64,000 bases of DNA from Mytilus edulis. Lineage: Eukaryota. The DNA is taken from positions 75,842,473-75,906,472 of the forward strand of contig NC_092349.1 in the NCBI RefSeq assembly GCF_963676685.1. The letters run 5' to 3'. The stretch's first letter is position 1, and every line of letters begins with the position of its first letter. The notes below the pieces were generated by a model that was not told where the DNA came from, searched no databases, and saw only the letters and a list, made by a program, of their open reading frames with translations. Of this stretch, positions 36,561 to 48,445 are shown piece after piece. A program made the translations under genes and the position numbers.

Positions 36561-39500
36561 TCAGTTCTTTTACCACATCTATTCTGTGTCAGAAACCTAC
36601 ATGTATGATGTGTCTAATAATTCATCACAATCCAAATTCTGAACTGTATCATGTGAATCAAGTTTGAATGTAGTGTCTATATAGTGTCCCCCCCACACCT
36701 GATGAAGGTGCAATCTCTGCATTTGTAATAGAATGTACCCTTGAGCTGTTTTATTCTCATTATCAATACTCATCTCCCTTTTTTTGTATTGTCATAACGT
36801 CATAAATACAAGATGAAATCTACAAAATTAACTTCATAAAAATTAAGTTTGCTGCAGCTTGGAATAAGAAAAAAATCAAATTTAGGTCCATTTTTAGCTA
36901 GTATACTTTATTTCTTATTCTATGTACTGGAATGTCAGAGTTGTGATAATTGAAAAACATTTTACACTAAGACCAAGGTAATAATTAATTTCTTTTTAGG
37001 AAATTTCAATCATTTAATGGATAACAATTGTTTTCTTATTATTTTTTACAGACATTTGGTGATCCAAAAATAACTGGAGTTCATGAAAGAAGACTGATTG
37101 CTGAGACACATTTTTGTTGATAAACATGTTTATGATGAAGAAAAACTTAGATAATATTACTGATACTTGAATAAGGCTCTGATCTGTCTTTGAATTTTCC
37201 TGTTGATGTTAAAAAATTACAAGCTCAAATAAAAATAAATTGAAATGGAACTCATATGCTTTGAAAAAAAGGAAAAAAACGGCAATGTGAATCTCGCTGA
37301 AAACCACCAAGTCAACACACAGTTGCAACACAAATGAGATGAGAGAGATATTTGCTAGGAAATAGAATGTTCTCACTGTCTCACCATCAGCAAGGCTTTC
37401 TTATCAGCGAATAAGAAGTCTAAAATTACTTCTGTATTAAAAGGTCATCAGTATTGAAGACAATACAGAAGATTACGAATGTACTTCGCCATTTGATAAA
37501 CATAATAATATTTTCATTTGTCAGAAATTGTTTCTTAGATTGACTAACTAGTTTTATTGATTGAATTATTAGTAAATTACCTTTCATAGTTCATGTAGTT
37601 ACATGTATATAAATTCTTATAAGATAGTATGGAAACAATTTAATACTTCCCTAAATTCCATACCTTATGCAACAATTGTCTTGTGCTGCTAAGTCAATTC
37701 GAATTAACTTTTATGTACAGTATGTTTATAATAATCTTATTCTTGCATGTAAGCACCATTTAGTGTTATTGTATCATCTTCATTAATTTTTAAATATAAT
37801 ACTAATGCTATAAAAAATAATAACATTTATGATCATTTATACAGATTGAGATATTTAAAAATTTATCAATGCTAAAAGAGAATTTATAAATTTAGACATT
37901 TTTTTAGGAGAATTTTAGAAAGTACTACAACAAAAGCAAACCAATAGTATATGCTCAAATGCACTATTAACTCTCTCTCCAGATAACCAAATAGAGATAT
38001 GTTTATATTTTATTAAATTGATGAAGTGTATGTTAGTTTAAATTAATATGTACATGCAATTTTAAGGTTTTAAAAATCAGCATTTTTATTGGATTATCTC
38101 CCTTTGTACAATAGAAATTCAGGTTTTATCCACACTGTCTCAGGTACTCATGATCAAAATGACTTATATGGTAACCAGCATGCAAGTAAAAGGTTGCAAC
38201 GTGTCTTAATTTTGTTTACCTGTCAGACACAACTTCTGAATGTCAATACTTTAGATTTTTCAATATGATGAACTTGACATTGAATTTCATATAATTTTTC
38301 AGTAACCAGAATACAACTTTAGTAATTAGCAAGCTGCATTAACAAAAAATTGGAATTCTAAGAAGAAATGAATGGATTTTACTCTTTAAAGTAATAGGGA
38401 CAAGTGAACTAAAGGAATTTGGAATAAAAAAAAATTACAAAAAAAAAATTGTCTTTGGCAGCTCCCCCCCCCCCCTTTTTTAAGCCTAATGCTTACTATT
38501 GTTTGAGACACAAAAATCCAATTTTCTATTTGATTTACCTATATTGCATGTTACAATCTGTATAATTCAAGTATTTATTTTTGAATGCTTGGTTTTATTA
38601 AAATATGAGACATTCCTCAATTTATTGCGAAAATACAAAAAAAGGGGGGGAGGCTATCTAAATGATCAATAAAATCTATAAAATTAATTTGCAACCGAAA
38701 TCCCTTCAAAATATTTTGAACCAAAGAAAATGCAAAGCATTTCTGAAATTTAGGGTAAATTAAAGCGACTTTTGGGCTGTAGTGTCTGTTTTAGTGTGAT
38801 TTGATGAAAAGGCCATATTTTTTATCATTTTATGTGTTTTGCCACACCCTTATTTTCTATATATATCATTATGTTTAATAAAATTATGTGATTTATACTT
38901 CATACACATCCTATCTGTGCTATTAAAGTATTTAAACACTCAGAAGTATTATGGTATTTATTTCTATTTGAGAAATTTATGAAATCTATGCATTTCAGTA
39001 AATGCATCTATAAATAAACTCAAAAATACCCTAAATCCCTATCGTTGCCATGGTTACCAGCAGTGTAAGGGCTTCAAACTTGCATGACTTTCATATGAGG
39101 TCAACCTGAACATGTCAGCAAGGTTTCATCAAAATCAAACAACTTTGCATGGAGCACCATCTGCATGGTTTTCTCATAGATGTCCATTTAAGTATTTACG
39201 CGTTTTCCCTATTTATGGCACACTTTAGTTTGTTGCAAAAAAATGCATTAACTATATATAAAGTAAGATTGAATGCAATTATAATGAATCATCTGCGGTT
39301 AACTGATTGTCTTAGCTGCGGTGTTATTTATTCTAAAATTTCTTATTTGTTAAGGACATAAGAAAGGATTTTAGAAAAATATGCAATCGCAATATAAATA
39401 TGATTATAAAATAATTTAAGGATACATTTGATTTATTTAAGAAGTGAGAGTCTTTTATCATCTTTAGCATTTCCAAAGCCGTAATGTCGACAAAAATAAT

Positions 39501-39774
39501 TATTCAAAATAGTACATAACGTTCCATTTTCTTTAAAACAATGTCGGTCCCCTCGCAACTCCGTTATTCTAACAATGATTGACATAGATACATTGTGACT
39601 ATTGTATAGGTTTTAAGCTTTTGCCCGTGATATGTACTACAGGATGCTGAATATCGTTAACAAGAGTGCACACGCTGAAATGTCTCGCCTTCTTTACTTA
39701 TCATTGATATTATGTTGATAGTCCTATATATAACTTGTATAAAGCTTTATTTCAACTGTCTCATAAACTTTACA

Positions 39775-40605
39775 TTTACCAAGATAACTAAACATTGACC
39801 AATGAACCATGAAAATGAGGTCAAGGTCAGATGAACCATGCCAGGCAGACATTTTAACAATTCTCCCATACAACAAATCGAGTTGATCTATTGCTTATAG
39901 TTTAAGAAAAACAGACCAAAACACAAAAACTTAACACTGAGCAATAAAACCGTGAAAATGAGGTCAAGGTCAAATAAAACCTACCCGACTGATATATAAA
40001 TCATAAAACATTTCCATACACCAAATATAGTTGACCTATGGCATATAGTATTAGATAAATAGACCAAAACTCAAAAATTTAACTTCGACCACTGAACCAT
40101 GAAAATGAGGTCAAGGTCAGATGATATCAGCCCGCTAGACATGTACACCTTACAATCATTCCATACAACAAATATAGTAGACATATTGCATAAAGTATGA
40201 GAAAAACAGACCAAAACACAAAAACTTAACTATAACCACTGAACCATAAAAATGAGGTCAAGGTCAGATGACACCTGCCAGTTGGACATGTACACCTTAC
40301 AGGCCTTCCATACACCGAATATACTAGACCTATTGCTTATAGTATCTGAGATATGGACTTGACCACCAAAACTTAACCTTGTTCACTGATCCATGAAATG
40401 AGGTCGAGGTCATATGAAAACTGTCTGATGGGCATGAGGACCTTGCAAGGTACGCACATACCAAATATAGTTATCCTATTACTTATAATCAGAGAGAATT
40501 CAACATTACAAAAAATCTGAACTTTTTTTTCAAGTGGTCACTGAACCATGAAAATGAGGTCAAGGACATTGTACATGTGACTGACGGAAACGTCGTAACA
40601 TGAGG
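39775..40605. repeat. Satellite-like tandem array, about 5.7 units with 144-156 bp period
   Basis: The anchor (C)ATGAAAATGAGGTCAAGGTCA recurs at 39809, 39953, 40099, 40246, 40402 and 40547. Units also share CCATACA(A/C)CAAATATAGTTGA and AAACAGACCAAAACACAAAAACTTAAC. Confidence 0.8.
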
Positions 40606-40916
40606 CATCTATATACATAGTATGAAGCATCCAGGTCTTCCACCTTCTAAAATATAAAGCTTTTAAGAAGTTAGCTAACGACGCCGCCGCCGCCGACGCC
40701 GGATCACTATCCCTATGTCGAGCTTAAACCTCGGATAATCATTCTTTTTTCAAATATAAACAATTATGTCTTCAGATTTGGATTACTTAGTATCTGTGAA
40801 TATTTTGAGAACATCTTATATACTAGTACATGTATTCTAAATGACTTTATTTGTCGTTATTAGTCTGAAATCGTAAATCCGTTGTTTGTTTATATTTCTG
40901 TTAGACTATATAAAAA

Positions 40917-41476
40917 AGAAGATGTGGTATGCTTGCCAATGAGACAACTGTCCACAAGAGACCAAAATGAAACACACATTAACAACTATAAGTCACCGTA
41001 CGGCCTTCAACAATGAGCAAAGCCCATACCGCATAGTCAGCTATAAAAGGCCCCGATATGACAATGTAAAACAATTCAAACGAGAAAACTAACGGCCTTA
41101 TTTAAATAAAAAAAAATGAACGAAAAACAAATATGTAACACATATACAAACGACAACCACTGAATTACAGGCTGCTGACTTGGGACAGGCACATACATAA
41201 ATAATGTGGCGGGTTAAACATGTTAGCGGGATCACAACCCTCCCCATAATCAGGGACAGTGGTATAACAGTACAACATAAGAACGAACTATAAAAATCAG
41301 TTGAAAAAGGCTTAACTCATCAGATGAACAAAATACAAGTGGACGTGGCCGGGTACTTGTACATCCCGACAACAAAAAGACACTAGGAACAGATCTGAGA
41401 GTACTCGCAGTTATCTGACAGCTACTTCAAAGCCACCAACAACTAATAAAAAAAATCATGCATCTAAGACTAAACT
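40917..41476 (+). repeat. Family C full-length copy, immediately 5' of the Harbinger-like element
   Basis: AAGAAGATGTGGTATGCTTGCCAATGAGACAACTGTCCACAAGAGACCAAAATGA...CATGCATCTAAGACTAAACT. Confidence 0.85.
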
Positions 41477-41558
41477 ATCATGTTTTTTTAAAATTTCAAA
41501 TTAACAAACTCTACGAAAATACAGAGCTGAACATTGTACATGTTGTACATTGTGGTAA

Positions 41559-43487
41559 GGGACCGTTCAATATTTATCAGATGGATGGGCCGGTGCATTC
41601 TTAATATTGTTTTATTAAAAAAGTTATTGACCATCCTTTTAAATTGTGAAAAAAAGTCCTTGCCTATCTAAAAAAATCTATAAAAAAAGTCCTTGCCCCT
41701 CTAAAACTCTAAGACAATCAAAAATGATTTAGGTTCTTTTTCTATTTTAAAGTTTTTAAATTTTTATGTCTTGAAATCAAAGAATAGACTTTATACAAAA
41801 TTTAAAATGTGCTAGTTAATTATATATGTATATATCTATGTGTGTATCAGAACCATACATTTTATTGATTTTTAAAACCAGTATGAATATACATGTACAG
41901 ATTTGATTTTATATGTGCAGCCTCAAATACAATATTGATTTAAAATAAAGGAAATAATTCAAATTAAGGGACCATAACGCTTGGACTAGTAAACATATTA
42001 TCATATACTGAATTACTAATTATTGTCCTAAAAACAGAACATGTTTATAGTTCAAATATCAATGTCCCTTTATCTATTCTACTTTTCAAAAAAGAAATTT
42101 ATTATGGTCTTTTTAAGCAAATATAGGCAGACATGTTTTTGACTTTGATGCAGCCTTTTTCACCTATTAATTAATTCCCTAAATTTGACAGCTTAACACC
42201 AAACTATAAAACAACCAGGCATTCTTTAAGATGAATATACAAATGAGATAGCTGTACAGTTATATGAAAATCTAAGTTGATTTGAAAAAGTTATAAAACA
42301 AATGAAAGGTGACCATCTGAACTTAGTCGAAACTTAAAATTGTAGCTTTTTTTCAACCAATTAATTAAATCCTTTAAATGACAGCAAAAAAACAAAGTAC
42401 TAAACAGCCTAGCATTCAGTAAGATCAATATACAAATGATATAGCAGTAGAGGTTTATGAAAATGCAAGTTGATTTGAAAAAGTTATGAAAAAAATTAAA
42501 GATGACTATCTTGAAATAACAAAAAACTGAAAATTTAAGCTTTTTCTTAAACCTTTTTATTAAATCCATAAGAATGACAGTATCCCACCAAACTACCAAA
42601 CAACTTGGCATTCTGTAAGATCAATATATAAATGAAATACATGTAGCTGTTAAGTTTTATGAAAATCCATGTTGGTTTAAACTAAAAATTTGAGTTTTGT
42701 TTAACATGTTTAACCTATTTTATTAAATCCAAAAGACTGACAACAATACAACAAACTACCAATCAATCTGGCTTTCTATAAGATCAATATATAAAAAAAA
42801 ATAGCTGTAGAGTTTTATGAAAATCCATGTTGATTTAAAAAAAGTTATAAAACAAATTAAAGATGACTATCTAGATTCAGCCTTAACTTAAAATGTGAGT
42901 TTTTTTTCTTATCTATTAATTAAATCTATAAATTTAACAGCAATACATCTAACTACCAAACAACCTGTCTTTCTATAAGATCAATATATAAATGAGATAG
43001 CTGTAGAGTTTTTGGAAAATCCAAGTTGATTTGAAAAAGTTAGAAAAAAATTTAAAGTTTACTATCTGAATTTAGCCTTATCTAAAAATTTGAGCTTTTT
43101 TTTCTTACCTATTAATTAAATCCATAACTTTTACAGCAATACACCAAACTATTAAACAATTTGGTATTCTATAAGGTCAAAATAATCTAAAAGATAGTCT
43201 GAACAGAAAATTCTAGTTTTTTATTCCTTAATTAATTAATAAATCCTTAAAATTGACAGAAATGAACCAAGCTACCAGTTTGTTGAGACATGTTTTGAGT
43301 GCCCGCAAAAGAAATATCCTACAAACCAATAAAATTGATAACAAAATTTTTCCTATAAAATATGTTCTGGCCCATCCTCTAAATATTTTAAAAAAAGTTC
43401 TTGCCCATCCAAATATTTCCACAAAAAAGTGCTTGCCCCGCCCCATTTTGCACCGGCCCATCCATGTGATAAATATTGAACGGTCCC
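41559..43487. mobile_element. Non-autonomous DNA transposon, PIF/Harbinger(Tourist)-like: 39-bp TIRs, TAA target-site duplication, internal tandem array
   Basis: Left end GGGACCGTTCAATATTTATCAGATGGATGGGCCGGTGCA (41559-41597) matches the reverse complement of the right end (43449-43487) at 38 of 39 positions. Both ends are flanked by TAA (41556-41558 and 43488-43490). Subterminal AAAAAAGTCCTTGCCC(A/C)TC motifs are repeated at both ends. There is no transposase ORF. Confidence 0.7.
42150..43230. repeat. Internal tandem array of about 5.5 units of 165-197 bp inside the Harbinger-like element
   Basis: The anchor AAGATCAATATA(C/T)AAATGA recurs at 42228, 42421, 42617, 42780 and 42977. Each unit also shares TTGATTTGAAAAAGTTATAAAACAAAT and ATTAATTAAATCC...GACAGC blocks. 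Confidence 0.7.
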
Positions 43488-43685
43488 TAAGAGAGCCGCC
43501 CACCTAGAGTCCAAAGTAAAGTTTATTTTCCTGTCAACACCTTTTGGTCGATATAAATATATTGACATCATGATATTGTCGGGACGGATAAGTTATTTTT
43601 CAATAGAAAGAATTCAAGTTTAGGTTGTCATTGGTATAATCAATTTTGCCTTTTTATACACTTATAACAATTTCTACGTTTCCTT

Positions 43686-43836
43686 GTGTGTTTTTGTTGC
43701 ACTTCGGTCGGTATTCCTGTTGGTCCTTAGATTTCCTCTTACAGTTGATGTGTTACCCTCGGTTTTGGTTTGTGACCTGAATTTGTTTACCTTCTAATTA
43801 ATTTATAACTTATGTACACCGGTATACTACTGTTGG
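43686..43836 (+). repeat. Family G 3'-portion copy, abutting the Harbinger-like element
   Basis: TTGTTGCACTTCGGTCGGTATTCCTGTTGGTCCTTAGATTTCCTCTTACAGTTGATGTGTTACCCTCGGTTTTGGTTTGTGACC...CCGGTATACTACTGTTGG. Confidence 0.7.
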
Positions 43837-46444
43837 ATCATGTTTTCCCCTTTTTAATCATTGACGTTGAATCGATAAGACATTCTGCTAAATGGATGAC
43901 ATTTCAACTATTTCAAAGTATGTTGTGTTTGTACTAGTAATTGTCTCCACAAAACCACAAAATTAGATATTTACAGAAATTTCAAAGATGGATTGAAATG
44001 TCGTTAAATCGTATTTTGATTCATGTATTTCAATTTCTCTAAGTCATCTGTTAAACATTGATGTATTACATACGTCAATACATGGTATAGAAAAAGAAAG
44101 ATTTGAAATTGATCCTTCATTGTCTACACAAAGAAAGCTCGTAATATACATCCCCATGTGATATGTCCACACCATTTTCCTTAGCTACCAAGGTATTTAT
44201 CAAGGTTGGTGATTGATTCGAACAGGTTGGGACCAAACACCTATATGGGTGATAATTAACCCATTTGGGGTTTCAAAGTCCATATGGGATATACACTTAC
44301 TGTGCAAAAAAGAAGTTGTAGTAATTAAGATATTGAAAATATCATTTGGTCGTTATTGACTTTTCCAGAAAAGGAATACGTTTCTCTATAGTTCCTTTGA
44401 AAACAGAATCTTCCAAGAATCAAACTCATAAAGATATTCAAAAAAGATGGGAACAAATGTTGCTGCCTTTTAAACAACAAATGTACATCCAATTGTGTAT
44501 TTAATAATAAACGGGATATGGTAACCAATATGGGTGAATGTTCCCAACATGTTGGGTGGAAGATGAAAGATTAAAGGTCAAATGGGCAAATAAAAAATAT
44601 ACTGTTGTATTACATGGTTAAAATCCAGGTGTAGAATAGTGATTTATCTTACTTACTTTAACTGGTCTAGCACTTTTTAATTATTTTTCGGGGGAGAATG
44701 ATTTGATAGAGGTTTATACATTGATTACCTCTATCAATTATTACTTAAAGAAGAGGAATTCACATATCCAACCATAGGTATAAAAAATTATTTCAAAAGT
44801 GCATGATATGAAATATTTGTTACTAGATGTCATATCAAACATCACTAAAACAAACACCTTCTAATAAAAGATAGGTTAAAGATGACAAAGGACATTTAAA
44901 CTTTTAAGTCGATGCAAACTTTGAAAAAATATAAACATTTAATAAAACAAGCGTATGGTAAAACAAAGCGTATAATTAATTACTGCCAATCAATACTGTT
45001 GCAAACACAGATATTGGAAAGATTTTATTTCAACCGATATTATTTTTCCTCGTTTATGATTATGAAGCAACGTTGTTCAACAATTTTGTTTTGCTTTGAT
45101 TTTATTTTCAATATACTGCGACTAAATATTATGAACTGTCTATTTTAATTCGCTTCATTACTTTTATATTCCATTAATGACTGTCTCCGTACACTTGCAT
45201 GGACATTTACAATATTTATGTTAGATTTCGAGTGATAAATCATATTGAATGGATGAGAATGGTAATTAAATCTATTCTCTTTTTGTATTTCACTAATATT
45301 TTTGTTGAATATATAAGTCTTCACCAGTCAAGCTTTTTCTATAGATTGATTAATCGGACATGGTTTAACAATGTTAAAGAATTAATGGAAGAAAGGTCAT
45401 TACCCAGAAAGAGATTTCATTAGTATTTTTTTTCACAGTGTGCCTTGTTTTGATTCATAGCAACATTTTGAGTATTCTTCATTTTCTGATGACTTACAAG
45501 TTGTAATCAACTTACACAAGCTTTCTTGTGGAAAGAACAATTTAAAACATATGCAGTTTTAAATCTACAAACCAATTATCTTGCATACCAAATTCATAAA
45601 AATATTTCATTGAAAGTAAAGATACAAATAATCCTAAATTATAAGTCTAGAATCATTTAGAAAATGGAAAAATACTAAAGCAACATTTGTTCTTAACTTT
45701 ATTTTTTCTCAGTGTTTAGTTTGAGCGTTACACAAACTTCCATAATTACAGTTAAAATGCATTCTGAGATAAATGAAATTTCTTTCCCGTTTTATTGATA
45801 GGTACTCGTATGTAAGTTTTTTTTAATGATGTTGGTGTATTGATGTAAGACCAAAAAGATCAATTTTAAGGTAAACTTAACCTTGTAGATAAAAACTTTA
45901 CAAATATATTCACACAAAATACGCCAGATTTTGTTTAATTCGGTAAATGCTTCATTTCATTTATTTTTTGTTTTAATTGAAGTGATTTTTAAATGTGCCT
46001 CTTGTATCTTTCGCCCCTCTTTTAGTGACATTTGTAACATACTTCTATGTTAACCTTAATCTTAAGCAGCAATAAATGACCTTTATGAATCAGTAAATTT
46101 AACAAACAAGGGATTTGACCTGTGAGAATCCTGAGTTCATTGTTAAATCAAGGCCATCTGTGCTAAATTAATACTTTCTTTGTATAGACAGTGCTTGGTG
46201 CCACTAAAAATTTGAAATATGTTAAAGTATATGATCTTGTAAGTGACCTTTCTTTATTATTTGGTTTTCTTGGATTTTTGGGTTCTGTTTCATTGTACCA
46301 GCTTAGAAGTCAGTATATTCGTACTGACATGATTTATAACAAAGTATTCTAATACAGTTACTTAATAAGTTTCGAAATTATAAGAAACTTGGGTCTCAAC
46401 CCAACAGTTCAACTAAGATTGATTTGATTATATGTTGGTTTCTT

Positions 46445-46560
46445 GTTGTTCATATAGCTCATCAACAGTTTCGATTTTTATACATCTTCGGCTTTTAACC
46501 ATTCGGCTTTTAGCGTTCTTGGTGAGGTAAATGCAGAGAAGAGATTCGTACATATTTAAT
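46445..46560. repeat. Short repeat family L (copies also at 53475..53600 and 61675..61760), weakly conserved
   Basis: ATAGCTC(A/T)TCAAC(A/T)GTTTCG(A/G)TT(T/C)TTA...CATC(T/C)TCGGCTTT(T/C)AA...TTGG(T/G)(G/T)TTCCT. Confidence 0.4.
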
Positions 46561-47559
46561 CTATAACGGGTTTTTTTTTTGGTTTTTTTTTTTGGTTTTT
46601 TTCTTGTTTTGTTTTTTAATAGTATTCATTTTTTTTCTAGACAGTACTATATTTGCAGTTTATCAATTCAATTGGTTACCTATCTTATCATATAATTTAA
46701 AATTAAAAGGTTCGTAGGTCGAAATTCTTTATTTAATTCTTCTCAATTTCGATAATAAAATAATTTTCAACAGAACATAAAGACATATTTTTTTAACCTT
46801 AAAACATTTAAATACTGAGTGGCGTTGTGCACTTTGTATATGCACGATACAATAAAATAAGCGACAACGAAATATAGACAAATATATGTTCTCTTATATA
46901 ATATCAACGAATATCAGAACTTGAATGAATAATTAAGTGTTTCACTAAAATGACTCAGAAGAATTTGTCGTCTGTGATCAACAGCTGAGAGAAATTCTAG
47001 GATCCTATGTTTTGTGGTTTATTTAATGAAAACTAAATACAAAAGACTTGCTTCAATTCCCTGGCTATCATTTCGTCTAAACACAAAATTAAAACAAAAT
47101 TAGTTTTTCGTTTTGTAATGATTTCAGTTCCTGCTGAATAGAACAATATGATGAATAATGGGAAGACGCAGAAAGAAGGATTTTTTGTTTGTAATCGGTA
47201 TGACTCATATTTTAAATTAAAGAATTGTGTTCCCTTTCTTTTTTCACATTGTTTTGAGAGAGAAAATCGCTCTGTCACTTGTCACTTGTTCTGAGGAATG
47301 CATGGGAGAACAAATGGTTCTTTTTCAAATACTTTTTTCATGCCACGTTTTAATAAAAAAAAATCGTCGATCGTTAGAAGAAAAATATAATGCTTAATAA
47401 TTATAGAGTAAAACACATAAAAAATATTTTATAATATAATGTCATTTGCTGTGAATATTATATTCTCTAACATCAACTTTTAACAATAATTTACAATAGA
47501 CATTAATTCCTTTAGTTTGATGATGCATTTCCTGTGATCTACTGCCTATCCTTAATACG

Positions 47560-48050
47560 GACCTAAGGCAGTTCTTGTAAATTAATTGTAACATTGTAAA
47601 ACGTTCATCGACACAGGTGTTACAACTAATGAAAAACCAATGATGCTGTGTTATGCCCCTTCGGGTATTTTTAATTATCAATATAAAAATTAATTAGATG
47701 TAATGAGTGTAAAATGGTAGTTATATTTTTGATGTACTATATACCAAATTCTGTCTTTGAAATTTTATAAAGTCACAAAACTTTTATAATAATGTAACAA
47801 TTCGTCCGTGTTACAATTTCTTGAGAAGAAAACATTCCAAGTTATGCCCCTTGGGTTTTTCAATTATCCAGATAAAATTAATTAGATAAAATGAGTGAAT
47901 AATGTTGATAAAACAAATTTCCAAACTTTTATAACATTTTAATAGTTCGTCGACACCGGTGTTCTGAAACAACAATGATTCCATGTTGTATTCCTTCAGA
48001 TTTTTCCTTATTATCCAGATGAAGTTAATTAGATATATATATAGATTCCA
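47560..48050. repeat. Three tandem units of about 150 bp adjacent to family K copy 2
   Basis: Recurring blocks GTTATGCCCCTT(C/G)GGGT(A)TTTT(C/T)AATTATC(C/A)A(G/T)ATAAAA(A)TTAATTAGAT at 47650, 47845 and 47995, and GTAACAATTCGTC(C/G)... at 47795 and 47943. Confidence 0.55.
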
Positions 48051-48445
48051 CAACTCAGCAAGTGTATTACGATATTTCTCCACTCGAGACAGTTAAATAT
48101 AAATATTTAAAGCACGAGGCTTGTCAAGCTTTTTAAATAATTAAAATTTAACTGTTGAGAGTGGGGAAATATCGTAATACACGAGTTACAGTGGTGGAAT
48201 CTGTTTCTCTCTATATGATTTCTAATTCCTTTTCAAAGATTTGAGGAAATTTGTGTAATTTGATTTGACGTTATCAGGCATGGTCGCCTTTTTTCCTGAC
48301 GTCATAATAAGAAAACTCAGAAGAAAATAAGAAAAAAATTAACTTCACAATTAAATTTCAACCAATCATTTGCCGAGAACAGATTTTTCACTAGTGAGGA
48401 GAAATATTTTTCTCACATCGGTCAGGAATTGTGAAAATAGCACAA
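48040..48445 (-). repeat. Family K second copy (inverted relative to 18330..18685)
   Basis: Hairpin TCCACAACTCAGCAAGTGTATTACGATATTTCTCCACTCGAGACAGTTAA...TTAACTGTTGAGAGTGGGGAAATATCGTAATACACGAGTTACAGTGGTGGA, then a body collinear with K1, including CTGACGTCATAATAAG and GCCGAGAACAGATTTTTCACTAGTGAGGAGAAATATTTTTCTCACATCGG. Confidence 0.8.

Noticed and set aside
37060-37135. Putative terminal exon TFGDPKITGVHERRLIAETHFC* after the acceptor ttttcttattattttttacag
   Set aside because: It is only a short ORF with a plausible acceptor. There is no upstream partner exon and no recognisable domain, so it is too weak to call.
43228-43571. Three overlapping ORFs (91 aa -, 84 aa +, 72 aa -) at the right end of the Harbinger-like element
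   Set aside because: They lie within the TIR and subterminal-repeat region, have no transposase-like motifs (no DDE or Myb), and the element is clearly non-autonomous.
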